A stretch of 64,000 nucleotides of DNA from Gaiellales bacterium (GCA_012719395.1 JAAYAL010000016.1:85026-149025); one strand, 5' to 3'; counted from the first letter of the stretch, positions 18,555 through 28,420 are shown. A program made the numbers and translations. Notes: generated by a model from the sequence alone, not told the origin.

Positions 18555-19505
18555 CTACGGGGCGGGCGAGGTCTGCAGACGGCGGCCATAGCCGCGTACA
18601 AACTCGGCGGCGCTCATGACGGGCTTCCCCGCCGGCTGGATGCGGAACACCTCCAGCGCACCTTGGGCACAGCCCAGGAACAGGCGGTTCTTGTCAAAGC
18701 CCCAATGCCCAGGGCGGCCCGCTACTTCCCGCCCCGCCGCGGGGAGACCGTCCGCCTCCGCCTCCCAGGGCCACGTGCGCCACACTTTCAGGCGCAGACC
18801 GCCGCAGCCCACCTCGCTGCCCGTATCCGGCGAGAGAGAACGCACCAGATTGTGAGCGGCCACCGCCCCCAACTCCGGCCGAAGCAGGCGATCGTTCGGC
18901 CCCACCTTGGGCGCGTATGTCCACCCCTCACTTTGCTGCCGCCACTCGACCGTGCCGTCCGCCATAGCCGTGAGCACTTGGTCTGCCGCCAAGGCTCCCA
19001 GCAGAGCCAGCGCCCGGCCCAGGCTGCCGGCGTCATCGCGCGGACTGATGCTGATCCGAGTGACGGCGGCCACGGGTCCTGCGTCCAACGCCTCCTCCAT
19101 CCGCATCACGCACACGCCGGTCTCTGACTCCCCGTTCCGCAGCGCCCAATGAATGGGCGCCGCGCCGCGGTGGCGCGGCAGCAGCGAGGCATGCAGGTTG
19201 AGGCAGGAAAGGGCTTCGAGCAGTGGGGGTTTCAGGAGTTGGCCAAAGGCCGCCACCAGCAGCACGTCGATCTTGCCCTCCTCCAGGACGGCCGCAACGG
19301 CCTCCTGGTTGATATCCGGCGTGCGCAGTACCGGTATGCCCAGCGCATCGGCCAGTACGGCTACCGGGCACGGCGCAGGCTGACGCCCCCGGCCCTGAGG
19401 CCGATCCGGCGGCGTGATGACCAAGAGCGGCGACCTTCCGGCAGCAGTGAGGTCGCCCAACACCCAGGCCCCGAACTGCGGGCTACCGGCGAACGCCAGC
19501 CTCAC
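18555..19505 (-). CDS. fmt: methionyl-tRNA formyltransferase
   Basis: MRLAFAGSPQFG... opens a formyltransferase N-terminal domain with the SLLPRHRGAAPI motif. Confidence 0.85.
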   Translation of the reverse strand: MRLAFAGSPQFGAWVLGDLTAAGRSPLLVITPPDRPQGRGRQPAPCPVAVLADALGIPVLRTPDINQEAVAAVLEEGKIDVLLVAAFGQLLKPPLLEALSCLNLHASLLPRHRGAAPIHWALRNGESETGVCVMRMEEALDAGPVAAVTRISISPRDDAGSLGRALALLGALAADQVLTAMADGTVEWRQQSEGWTYAPKVGPNDRLLRPELGAVAAHNLVRSLSPDTGSEVGCGGLRLKVWRTWPWEAEADGLPAAGREVAGRPGHWGFDKNRLFLGCAQGALEVFRIQPAGKPVMSAAEFVRGYGRRLQTSPAP

Positions 19506-19996
19506 GAAGCGAGTGTCCGATCCCGGATGACCTTGAGTACCCGCCGGCGCTCCTCTGCCGAGGTGCGGTCAAGTATGAGGCAGCCTGACAAGTGATCTAT
19601 CTCGTGTTGCAGCACCCGGGCGAACGTGTCCTTGGCCTCCACGCGCAGCGGACGACCCTGGACGTCACACGCCTCCATCACAACCCATTCCGCACGCGGG
19701 ACCTCCACGCTGAAACCCGGAACCGAGAGACAGCCCTCCGAGCCCATGATCTCCTCCTGGGAGCGCTCGACGATGGCGGGGTTGACGAAGGAGAACGCTT
19801 GGTCGGTGTCCGGGTCACGGCAGACGATCAGACGCTTGAGCACGCCGATCTGAGAAGCAGCCAGGCCGATACCTTCCGCCTCGTCCATGATCTCCAACAT
19901 GTCCTTGGCCAAGCGACGCAAACCGGCGTCGAAGCTGGTCACATCGCGGCACGTCTCCCGCAGGACCGGGTCACCCACTGTGCGAATCTCATACAT
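19502..19996 (-). CDS. def: peptide deformylase
   Basis: The 164 aa product has the GIGLAASQIG, EGCLS and HEIDHL motifs. Confidence 0.9.
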   Translation of the reverse strand: MYEIRTVGDPVLRETCRDVTSFDAGLRRLAKDMLEIMDEAEGIGLAASQIGVLKRLIVCRDPDTDQAFSFVNPAIVERSQEEIMGSEGCLSVPGFSVEVPRAEWVVMEACDVQGRPLRVEAKDTFARVLQHEIDHLSGCLILDRTSAEERRRVLKVIRDRTLAS

Positions 19997-22228
19997 CTAC
20001 GCGAACCACTCCGGGTCTACATCGACACTCACGTCTATGCCACGCCGATCGAGCCCCGGTCGTGCCGCCGACACGATATGACCCAGGACGCCTGCCGGCT
20101 CTTCCTCCGGTGGCAGCGCCACCACCAGCTGCGAGCGATGCCTGCCACGCAGCCGGGGCAGAGGGGCGGGACCGCGAACGGCCTTTCTCCCGACCCGGGC
20201 CGAGCATTCCCCGGCCAAGTGCAGGGCCGCCGGGACCACTCGATCCGGCTGAGCAGCACTCACCACCACACGGACAAGGCGCACCACCGGAGGGAACCCC
20301 AGCCGCACCCTATCCCGCATCTCCGTGCGGTAGAACTCACGTGCGTGGCTTTCTATGGCCATCTTAATGCAGGGGGCATCCGGATTCCAGGTCTGAACCA
20401 GCGCCCGACTAGGTTTCTGGCCGCGTCCCGCCCTCCCCACCACCTGGGTCAGAAGCTGGAAGGTTCTCTCGCCGGCTCGGAAATCGGGGACGTAGAGCCC
20501 GGTATCCGCATCCGCCACCACCACGAGCGTCACCCCGGCAAAGTCGTGCCCCTTGGCCACCATCTGCGTGCCCACCAATACCGCCGGGCGCGTGCCGGCA
20601 AATGTGGTCAGCGCCTCGGACACCCGGCCGGCTCCGCCGCCGAGGTCGGAGTCGAGCCGAAACACGGCGCCGCGGCCCAGGAGCGCCACCAACTCCTCAT
20701 CCAGCCGCTGCGTTCCGGGGACGCCCCTGGCCAGCGCCGAGGCACCGCAGCAGGGACACACCGCGGGCAGAGGCTCGCGGCGCCCACAATGGTGACACAC
20801 CAGGAGGGCGACCGCCCCGCCGCCGGCCCGGCGATGTAGCGTGAGCGTGACGTCACACTCCGGACACGTTGGCGCCGTCCCGCACTCCGGGCAGAACAGG
20901 AAGCCGGAGTGACCCCGCCGGTTGAGGAGGACGATGGCCTGTTCCCGGCTGCGCACCACCTGGCGGAGAGCAGACCAGGCTCTGGGCGACAGAGTGCCCT
21001 GACCCGCCTGCCGGCGCATGTCCACCACTTCCACCTCCGGCAGCGTGCCGCCCGCCGGGCGAGTGCGTAGGTGCAGCTTGACGGGGTTGTCCACCAGGCT
21101 TTCCAGACGAGGTGTGGCCGTGCCCTCCACCAGAAGGCCACCAGTCTGTTGGGCGCGCCACCACGCCACCCAGCGCGCGTGGTAGCGCGGCTCTTCATCA
21201 TTCTTGTAGCTGTGGTCGTGCGCTTCGTCAATGACGAACAGCCCCGGATCGCGCACGGGGGCGAAGACGGCTGAACGCGCTCCCACCACCACCACGGCTT
21301 CGCCCCGCCGCACACGTGCCAGTTCTCTGGCACGGGCGGCAGGCGACAACCCACTGTGCAGGACCGCCAACAACGAGGAACCGAAGCGCTCCCGCAGGCG
21401 ATCGCTCAACGCGGCCGTGAGCCCTATCTCCGGCACCAGCACCACCGACGAGCGCCCCCGCGCCAGCATGTCGTCAATAAGGCGCAAATAGACATCAGTC
21501 TTGCCGCTGCCGGTGATTCCCCACAGGAGAGCGCGACGAGCCCCATCGGACCGGGCCAGCTCGCGGAGGCGCTCTACGGCGTGTGCCTGCTCCCCGCTGA
21601 GGACCACAGGGGGAGCCACCGGAGACACCGCATGCTCGATGGCATCCCCGGCCGGCCGCGCCGCCCTCTCCTCGACGCGTAAGAGCCCTCTGGCCACCAG
21701 TCCCCCCAGTAGCCCGCGGCTGACCCCCGCCAGACGGCAGACCTCCGCCGCGGGCGCACCGCCCGCGGGGACCAGAGCCAAGGCCGCCCTCTGCCGCGCC
21801 GTGGGCGGGCGCGCGCTCGGTGCACTGGAGGTGGCGTCGGTGGGAATCACCCAGGAGACCTTACGGCCCTGACCCACCCTCGCTGGGGCCAAGGCCTCGG
21901 GGGCCGTCAACCCCAAGCACGCCCCGACAGGCGCCAGGTAGTAGCGCGACATGGCGTGGGCCAGCGCAAGCGCCTCCGCCGTCACAGTGACGCCCGTGGT
22001 GCCGATCATCCGCCGCAACTCCCATTCCGACGGTGTCCCACCACTCTGGGCGAGGCCGAGCACCACGCCCCGCACCCGTCGGCGGCCGAACGGAATCTCC
22101 ACCACGGAGCCCACGACTACCTCCCCCTGCTCGGGGGGCAGGTAGTCGAACAGACGTCCCTCCAGGCTGCGCAGGCGGAGCAGAGGTGCCACTTCCCAGA
22201 TGGGGTATTCAGCCGGAGGGGAAGGCAC
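19997..22228 (-). CDS. priA: primosomal protein N' (replication restart helicase PriA)
   Basis: The 743 aa product has Walker A (GITGSGKT) and a zinc-binding Cys cluster (CPECG...CPECD...CHHCG...CPCCG). Confidence 0.9.
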   Translation of the reverse strand: MPSPPAEYPIWEVAPLLRLRSLEGRLFDYLPPEQGEVVVGSVVEIPFGRRRVRGVVLGLAQSGGTPSEWELRRMIGTTGVTVTAEALALAHAMSRYYLAPVGACLGLTAPEALAPARVGQGRKVSWVIPTDATSSAPSARPPTARQRAALALVPAGGAPAAEVCRLAGVSRGLLGGLVARGLLRVEERAARPAGDAIEHAVSPVAPPVVLSGEQAHAVERLRELARSDGARRALLWGITGSGKTDVYLRLIDDMLARGRSSVVLVPEIGLTAALSDRLRERFGSSLLAVLHSGLSPAARARELARVRRGEAVVVVGARSAVFAPVRDPGLFVIDEAHDHSYKNDEEPRYHARWVAWWRAQQTGGLLVEGTATPRLESLVDNPVKLHLRTRPAGGTLPEVEVVDMRRQAGQGTLSPRAWSALRQVVRSREQAIVLLNRRGHSGFLFCPECGTAPTCPECDVTLTLHRRAGGGAVALLVCHHCGRREPLPAVCPCCGASALARGVPGTQRLDEELVALLGRGAVFRLDSDLGGGAGRVSEALTTFAGTRPAVLVGTQMVAKGHDFAGVTLVVVADADTGLYVPDFRAGERTFQLLTQVVGRAGRGQKPSRALVQTWNPDAPCIKMAIESHAREFYRTEMRDRVRLGFPPVVRLVRVVVSAAQPDRVVPAALHLAGECSARVGRKAVRGPAPLPRLRGRHRSQLVVALPPEEEPAGVLGHIVSAARPGLDRRGIDVSVDVDPEWFA

Positions 22229-22247
22229 GGGTCGCCCTTTCAGGGGT

Positions 22248-22282
22248 GGCGGCGGAGCCGGGCTGCGCCCGGCTCCGCCGCC
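22248..22282. terminator. GC-rich hairpin downstream of metK
   Basis: The inverted repeat is ggcggcggagccgggc / gcccggctccgccgcc and sits in the 58-nt metK-priA gap. Confidence 0.45.
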
Positions 22283-22286
22283 CCGC

Positions 22287-23498
22287 TCAGTCCAGCCCCG
22301 CCGCGCGACGCAGGAGATCGGCCTTGTCTGTGCGCTCCCACGTGAAGTCGTGATCCTCGCGCCCGAAGTGCCCGTACGCCGCCGTCTTCTCGTAGATGGG
22401 ACGGCGCAGATCGAGATCCCGGATAATGGAGGCGGGGCGCAGATCGAAGTGCCTCAGCACCGCTTCCTCAATGGTTTGCACAGACACGCGTTCCGTCCCG
22501 AAGCACTCCACCATCACGCTCACCGGGTGCGCCACGCCGATGGCGTAGGCCACCTGCACCTCACACCGCTCGGCCAGACCGGCGGCCACTACATTCTTGG
22601 CCACGTAGCGAGCGGCATAGGCCCCCGATCTGTCCACCTTGGAGGGATCCTTGCCCGAGAAGGCACCGCCGCCGTGCCGGCCGAACCCACCGTAGGTGTC
22701 CACAATGATCTTGCGTCCCGTGAGGCCCGTGTCCCCCATGGGCCCACCGATGACGAACTTGCCGGTGGCGTTCACGTAGAGCTTGGTGTCACGAAATTCC
22801 GGATCGTAGAGACCGGCCGGCAGTACGGGCCTGATGACGTGCTCCATCAGATCCGGCTTCATGAGCGTGTCGATGTCCACGCCCTCCTGGTGTTGCAGGG
22901 CCATCACCACAGCAGTGATGAACTCCGGCCTGCCGTCCCGGTAGCGAACAGTGACCTGGCTCTTGGAATCCGGCCGTAGGTAGGGCATGAGCCCGGCGCG
23001 ACGCGTCTCCGCCGCCCGGTGCACCAGGCGGTGAGCCAGAGAGATGGGCAGGGGCATGAGCTCCGCCGTGTCCAGGCAGGCATAGCCGAATACCATGCCC
23101 TGGTCCCCCGCACCCTGGCGATCACACTCATCCTGGTCACCGGGGTCCGTCCGCATCTCGAACGCCCTCTCCACACCCTGCGCAATATCGTTGGATTGGT
23201 CGTGGATGGAGGTGATGACGCCGCAGGTCTCATAGTCAAACCCGAACTTGGCCCGCGTGTAGCCGATGCGCTGTATGGTGGCCCGGACAATGGCCGGGAT
23301 GTCAACGTAGGTTCGGGTGGTTATCTCGCCGGACACCACGACCAACCCGGTGGTGAGGAGGGTTTCACAGGCCACGCGGCCCATGGGGTCATCTTTGAGC
23401 ACCGCGTCCAGCACCGCATCGGAGATCTGGTCCGCCATCTTGTCAGGATGGCCTTCGCCCACGGACTCGGATGTGAAAAGGAATTCGTCCTTGCGCAC
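22287..23498 (-). CDS. metK: S-adenosylmethionine synthetase
   Basis: Starting from GTG, the 403 aa product has the GEGHPDK and GGGAFSGKD motifs. Confidence 0.9.
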   Translation of the reverse strand: MRKDEFLFTSESVGEGHPDKMADQISDAVLDAVLKDDPMGRVACETLLTTGLVVVSGEITTRTYVDIPAIVRATIQRIGYTRAKFGFDYETCGVITSIHDQSNDIAQGVERAFEMRTDPGDQDECDRQGAGDQGMVFGYACLDTAELMPLPISLAHRLVHRAAETRRAGLMPYLRPDSKSQVTVRYRDGRPEFITAVVMALQHQEGVDIDTLMKPDLMEHVIRPVLPAGLYDPEFRDTKLYVNATGKFVIGGPMGDTGLTGRKIIVDTYGGFGRHGGGAFSGKDPSKVDRSGAYAARYVAKNVVAAGLAERCEVQVAYAIGVAHPVSVMVECFGTERVSVQTIEEAVLRHFDLRPASIIRDLDLRRPIYEKTAAYGHFGREDHDFTWERTDKADLLRRAAGLD

Positions 23499-23640
23499 TT
23501 ACCTATCGCCTCCGGTAGTTCGGATTCTCAGCCGTTCCACGATTGCCCACGGATAGGCCGGCCTGGACCCGCCGGATGGTAAGCTATCGCCGACTCGCTT
23601 CATTGTACATACGCCCTCGGACGCACACAAACCAGGTCCA

Positions 23641-24135
23641 GTGACAGCATCACTCCGCAGAGCCAGAGTTTCCGACGTCCCGCAGATGCAGCGGTTGATC
23701 AACTCCTGGGCCAAACAGGGCATGATGCTGCCCCGTTCCCTTCACGCCCTCTACGAGCACCTGCGGGACTACTTCGTGATCGTGGATGACGAGCACATCG
23801 CCGGTTGCGTGGCGCTGCACGTGGCGTGGGATGACCTGGCGGAAGTACGTTCCATGGCCGTGTCCCCCGATCGCCAGCGGCACCACCTGGGCCTCACGCT
23901 GCTGGACGCGGCCCTGCAGGAGGCGGCAGACTTGGGCATTTCCCGTGTCTTCGTGCTGACCTATGTACCCGATTTCTTCGCCAGGCGCGGCTTCCAAACC
24001 GTGGCCAAGACGGAGTTGCCGCAGAAGATCTGGCAGGAGTGCATCCACTGCATTCATTTCCCGGATTGCGACGAGGAGGCCATGCTCCTCACCCTCCCCC
24101 AGCAGGAGCCGGCCGTCCCGCCGCTCGGCTCCTAA
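23641..24135 (+). CDS. argA: GNAT amino-acid N-acetyltransferase, short-form N-acetylglutamate synthase (ArgA, Rv2747-like)
   Basis: The 164 aa product reads RRARVSDVPQMQRLI...GCVALHVAWDDLAEVRSMAV...RVFVLTYVPDFFARRGF, which aligns block-for-block with mycobacterial short-form ArgA as I recall it. Confidence 0.6.
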   Translation: MTASLRRARVSDVPQMQRLINSWAKQGMMLPRSLHALYEHLRDYFVIVDDEHIAGCVALHVAWDDLAEVRSMAVSPDRQRHHLGLTLLDAALQEAADLGISRVFVLTYVPDFFARRGFQTVAKTELPQKIWQECIHCIHFPDCDEEAMLLTLPQQEPAVPPLGS

Positions 24136-25391
24136 CCCACCGGCCGCAGGGCACCTTCTTGGTACTCCAGACGCGGATCCCAGAGCAACCACTCCGAGTA
24201 CCCCTGTTCCTCCACCGCCTTTATCTGCGCCTTCACCTCCGTCACGCCATAGGCGGAGGGCATGGCGAAGTCCTGCAACCAGGGCCGATACACGGCGCCC
24301 GTTCCTTCCAGGCGACGCGTGGCGTCCTTGGTGGCGAAGGTGACGATATCAAACGGATTGCGGTCAGGGTTGCTGATCCCGTAGGAGCCCGACTCATAAT
24401 GTGAGGGATAGATCATGGGACAGATGATGTCCACGTTCTTGGCCACCTTCTCCAGTTGCTGACCAATGTTGGCGTCACCCTTGTGATCCAAGGCATGCCC
24501 GAACACATCGGCGGACAGCCAGACGCCCAACGGCTCCAGCCTTTCCCGTGCGTAACACAGGAAATCGGCGATGGCGTCCTCATGCGGCCCGTTAGCTCCG
24601 GGGAACACCGCTTCGTCGATGGGGCCGTCCGTGGGAAAGCGCACGTAGTCAAACTGGATCTCGCGAAAACCGCGCTTGGCCGCGTCCTCCGCCAGGTCCA
24701 CCAGGTACTTCCAGACCTCGCGTTTGTAGGGATTGGTGTAGGCCTGTCCCTGGTTGTCTTTCCAGACGCCGCCGTCGACATCCCCTACGGCCAGGTCCGG
24801 CCGCGCATTGGCCAGCAGGGGGTCCTGGAAGCAGACGATGCGTGCGATGGGGATGATCTGGTGCTCATGGAGCAGTTCCATCATGCCCTGGAGATCCCGG
24901 ATGCGGCCTTCCCAGAGATGCTCCTCCAGCGCCAGGGGAAAGTCCGGCTCGTAGGCAATGGCGCCGGTGGCATCCTTCACGTCAATGACCATGGCGTTCA
25001 GCTCGGTCCTGTCCACCAGGCTGATCAACGCGTCCATGGTGGGATTGATCCCCGCAATCCAGCTGGTCACGTACAAACCTTTCACCGGAGTGTAGGAGAG
25101 ATCACGGAAGGTCCGCAGATCCAGAGTGCTGGGCACGCCCAGGAAACCGAATTCTGTGGCACGCATACGCTGCTGCTCCTCCGCCGCCGGCGCGCTGCTC
25201 TCGGCGGAAGGCCACTGCAGAGCGAAGCCGCGGCCGGAAGCAAGATTGGAGCCAAGCACCCAGAAAGCCAGGAAGCCGATCACGAAGACCAGAACGCCGC
25301 CCACGAGCACAACCGACAGCACAGCCGCCGGTCTGCGGTCCCGGGCGGGGCGGCGCGGAGCGCGGCTCTGCTTGTATGGTGGCGGGCTCAT
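24132..25391 (-). CDS. membrane-anchored putative glycoside-hydrolase-like (GHL/DUF4015-type TIM-barrel) protein
   Basis: An N-terminal transmembrane helix (AAVLSVVLVGGVLVFVIGFLAFWVL) is followed by a large extracytoplasmic domain with MVIDVKD...REIQFDYVRFP motifs typical of GH-like families. The family assignment rests on memory only. Confidence 0.5.
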   Translation of the reverse strand: MSPPPYKQSRAPRRPARDRRPAAVLSVVLVGGVLVFVIGFLAFWVLGSNLASGRGFALQWPSAESSAPAAEEQQRMRATEFGFLGVPSTLDLRTFRDLSYTPVKGLYVTSWIAGINPTMDALISLVDRTELNAMVIDVKDATGAIAYEPDFPLALEEHLWEGRIRDLQGMMELLHEHQIIPIARIVCFQDPLLANARPDLAVGDVDGGVWKDNQGQAYTNPYKREVWKYLVDLAEDAAKRGFREIQFDYVRFPTDGPIDEAVFPGANGPHEDAIADFLCYARERLEPLGVWLSADVFGHALDHKGDANIGQQLEKVAKNVDIICPMIYPSHYESGSYGISNPDRNPFDIVTFATKDATRRLEGTGAVYRPWLQDFAMPSAYGVTEVKAQIKAVEEQGYSEWLLWDPRLEYQEGALRPVG

Positions 25392-25414
25392 GGCTTTGGT
25401 ATTGTACCAATGTG

Positions 25415-26515
25415 ATGCGCTACGATAAGGTTTTCAGATTCCTGCTCTTCACCTTCGTGGCGGGGAGCATCGTCGGCCTTCTGGCCGGCCTGCTGGTCAC
25501 CGGCCCCCGCGCCAGAGCCGCCACCGGCACTGAGGCCGTCTCAGTCACCACTTCCGGCCCGGCGGAGTCCGACCTGGGCGCAAAGGAACCCATGACTCCC
25601 GAGAGGGCCAAGGCCATGGGCGCCAACGAGGCGGGTCAGGTGCTGGTACTCATGTACCATCTGATCACCAAGCCGGAGGACCCCACGGCGCTGGAGCCGG
25701 ACTACTCGCGCAGTGCCCTTCATTTCCAGGAAGACATTGCCCTCCTCAAGGCTGAGGGCTACTACCCCATCACGGTGAAGGACCTCGTAACCGGCTCCAT
25801 CGACATACCGGCCGGCAAGAGCCCGGTGATCCTCACCTTCGATGACTCCAGTCAGGGCCAATACCGCATATTGGACGACGGCACCGTGGATCCGCAAAGC
25901 GCCGTGGGCATCCTGCTGGCCGCCGGCGAAGATGGGAATTGGCCCATGCGCGCCTCCTTCTTCCCCCTGCTGGACGTTGACCTGGCCGACCGCGTCTTGT
26001 TCGGCCAACCGGAGAAGCAGAAGGAGAAACTGCAGCAGCTGGTGGAGTGGGGCTGCGAGGTGGGAAGCCACTCGTACACCCACCTCAATCTGAAGACCTC
26101 CTCGCGCGAGGTCATCATCAAAGAACTCGCTCTCTCCATGAAGAAGATCCAGGAGATGGCGGGCAACGGTTACGAGGTCTTCACGCTGGCGGTGCCCTTC
26201 GGTGAGTACCCCGAGGATGAGAGCCTACTGGCCGCCGGTGAATACGAGGGGTTCACCTATGCCTACCATGCGGCACTGGCCGTGACCGGCGGCCCCAGCG
26301 ATTCCCCCTTCTCCACGAAGTTTGACCCTATGCACGTCAAACGAATGGAGGTCCACGGAGACTCGCTCAAGCAGGCCATCAACGCCGCCAAGAAATCCCC
26401 CGAACTCCGCTACATCTCAGATGGAGACCCGACTGTGATATCCGCCCCGGCCGACCTGCCTGAGGAGCTGGGATCCCTCCTCTCCAACCTCGGGCGGCCG
26501 GTGATCACCTACTGA
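25415..26515 (+). CDS. polysaccharide deacetylase (CE4/NodB-homology) with N-terminal membrane anchor
   Basis: The CE4 motifs VLMYHLI, LTFDDSSQGQY and EVGSHSYTHLNL are present. The start was set at MRYDKVFRFLLFTFVAGSIV (transmembrane helix). Confidence 0.7.
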   Translation: MRYDKVFRFLLFTFVAGSIVGLLAGLLVTGPRARAATGTEAVSVTTSGPAESDLGAKEPMTPERAKAMGANEAGQVLVLMYHLITKPEDPTALEPDYSRSALHFQEDIALLKAEGYYPITVKDLVTGSIDIPAGKSPVILTFDDSSQGQYRILDDGTVDPQSAVGILLAAGEDGNWPMRASFFPLLDVDLADRVLFGQPEKQKEKLQQLVEWGCEVGSHSYTHLNLKTSSREVIIKELALSMKKIQEMAGNGYEVFTLAVPFGEYPEDESLLAAGEYEGFTYAYHAALAVTGGPSDSPFSTKFDPMHVKRMEVHGDSLKQAINAAKKSPELRYISDGDPTVISAPADLPEELGSLLSNLGRPVITY

Positions 26516-26733
26516 GCTTCCGCCTTGCGCAGGGTAAGGACATTGCCTTCACTTACGATTTCCAGCAACTCTCCACAGAGACCGCACTCCACCCTGGCTG
26601 CGGGCCGCGCCCCCAACCCTAGGTGCACACGCACGTGGCAGACGGGACAGACAGCATCCACATCCGGCTCTGTACCCTGTAGCGGTACCTTGACGCCGGC
26701 GTATTCCCACATCGGATCATATTTGTTGGCCAA
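26509..26733 (-). CDS. small zinc-ribbon protein (LysW-like fold?)
   Basis: The 74 aa product has two CxxC pairs (CPVCH...ECGLCGELLEIVS). It lacks the LysW C-terminal EDWGE tail. Confidence 0.35.
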   Translation of the reverse strand: MANKYDPMWEYAGVKVPLQGTEPDVDAVCPVCHVRVHLGLGARPAARVECGLCGELLEIVSEGNVLTLRKAEAQ

Positions 26734-26864
26734 TGTGCACTCCTGAGTCTAGGAAGAGGAAACCAGTGGCCCCGAGCGCAGCGGCGCTCCGGTATCACTC
26801 TGACGCCACAGGGAGTGTCTCACACCGGGCGGTCGACGCTCAAGCCCGCCGAGAGCCGTGCTCC

Positions 26865-27650
26865 GTGACGCACGCGTTCCTGGCAGCTCTGCTGTTGATG
26901 CTGCTTCTGTTGGGGCCCGGCTGCGGCGCGGCCTCCACCGATAACCCACCGGCCCAGTCAACCGGCACTTCCCCCGCATCCTCCCCCCACACGGCCGCTG
27001 AGCCGTCGGTGTCGGCGCCCGTGCAGCGCGCTCTGCTGGCCCTGCTCACATATCACCGCTACGCCTTCTCCGTCACCACCTGGGACATGTCGCAGGCAGA
27101 ACCGCCTTTGGTGTTCCAGATAGAGGGGGTCATGGTGGATCCCTGGACCTACCTGAACATCTCCGGCCCTGGCCTGCAGGAGTCGGTGGAGGTGGTGTAT
27201 CAGGGCCAGGTGGCTCACGCACGGATGCGAAGCGAAAGCTCCTGGCGCAGCGCCGCGGAGGTGTTCGGTTCCGTGGAGGGTCTCGACACCACTCCCCTCG
27301 AGAATCCGGAGCCGACGAAGGAACTGGTGCCCAGCATCGCGGCCATGGCCCGCCCCGCCACCTCAGAGGCTCTCCCGCCCCCCGCACCCCCTGAGCCCGC
27401 CGGCGCCGCCTCCTACCAATGGGAGACCACGCTCACCGAAGACGACGCGGCGATGGCGACCGTGCATAATCGCATCTGGCTCAATGCCGATGGAGTCCTG
27501 GTCCGCTGGGACCGCCGGCTCACCCCCACGGCTCTTGGCGGGCAGATGGCCGAAACCTACTCCTCCATCATGTACTCCCGCCACGGTGACGCGAGCCTCA
27601 CCATCCCCGCCCAGGGATACGAAAACGGCGGCACCACGCAATCCGAGTGA
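26865..27650 (+). CDS. putative lipoprotein, function unknown
   Basis: A GTG start gives a signal peptide MTHAFLAALLLMLLLLGPG^C with a lipobox. The ORF-track start at 26733 would add a 44 aa N-extension, which looks implausible. Confidence 0.45.
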   Translation: MTHAFLAALLLMLLLLGPGCGAASTDNPPAQSTGTSPASSPHTAAEPSVSAPVQRALLALLTYHRYAFSVTTWDMSQAEPPLVFQIEGVMVDPWTYLNISGPGLQESVEVVYQGQVAHARMRSESSWRSAAEVFGSVEGLDTTPLENPEPTKELVPSIAAMARPATSEALPPPAPPEPAGAASYQWETTLTEDDAAMATVHNRIWLNADGVLVRWDRRLTPTALGGQMAETYSSIMYSRHGDASLTIPAQGYENGGTTQSE

Positions 27651-28351
27651 CCTCTGTGCCCGGGCTCCCCTGCTATGACCTGGGCCTGGCGCCCTACGAA
27701 CCAGTGCAGGCGCTGCAGGGTGCGCTACGCCGCGAATGCGCCGCCGGCCGGCACCCGGGCGCACTCCTGCTCCTTGAGCATGAGGCCGTCATCACCCTGG
27801 GCGTAAGGGCATCCATGGCTGAGGTCCGCCGGCCTCTCCGACCTCCGGAGGACGGCGCCGCCGGACCATCCTTGCCGGTCATTCGCTCGGAACGGGGAGG
27901 CCTGGGCACATTGCACGCCCCCGGGCAGCTCGTTGCCTACCCCGTTATGCCCATACCCAAGCGCGACCTGCGCACGTACGTGTGGCAATTGGAGGAAGTG
28001 GCCCGGCTTCTGCTGGCCCAGTACCGGGTGCATGCCATCCGGATAACCGGCCGTCCCGGGCTGTACGTGGACGGGCACAAGATCGCATCGTTGGGCCTGC
28101 GCTGTGAACGCTGGGTGGCCAGCCACGGTACCTCCCTCAACATCTCACCCGATCTCCACCTCTTCGCGCAGATCGTCTCCTGCGGCGACCCCGACCTCCA
28201 CCACACCAGCCTGGCCGTCCTCACGGGCCACGCGCCCGCCATGCCTGAGGTGAAGCTGGTCTACCATCGCGTCTTTGCCCAGGTGTTCAGGAGGGAGTTG
28301 GGCCCTCTTCTGACGACAACCGTCACCGGCCTGCTGGAGACCCTTGCCTGA
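27647..28351 (+). CDS. lipB: lipoyl(octanoyl) transferase
   Basis: The 234 aa LipB/BPL domain has the RSERGG, KIASLG and CERW motifs. Confidence 0.8.
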   Translation: MTSVPGLPCYDLGLAPYEPVQALQGALRRECAAGRHPGALLLLEHEAVITLGVRASMAEVRRPLRPPEDGAAGPSLPVIRSERGGLGTLHAPGQLVAYPVMPIPKRDLRTYVWQLEEVARLLLAQYRVHAIRITGRPGLYVDGHKIASLGLRCERWVASHGTSLNISPDLHLFAQIVSCGDPDLHHTSLAVLTGHAPAMPEVKLVYHRVFAQVFRRELGPLLTTTVTGLLETLA

Positions 28352-28420
28352 CCCAACCCGCTTGTCTGCAACCGCCGGCCAGGATGATGGGGAGCCTGAG
28401 TGGCGCCCCAGAGCGTAGAA

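Noticed and set aside
23499-23640. SAM-I (S-box) riboswitch upstream of metK.
   Set aside because: The conserved blocks (AUCAAGAG...GGAGGGA.UGGCCC...GCAACC, GGUGCUAA.UCCAGC, GAUGAGAG) are not present. Only short repeated motifs were seen.
26509-26733. Identification of the zinc-ribbon mini-protein as LysW/ArgW amino-group carrier protein.
   Set aside because: It lacks the C-terminal EDWGE-type acidic tail that is the functional site of LysW, and it has no lysine- or arginine-biosynthesis genes as neighbours.
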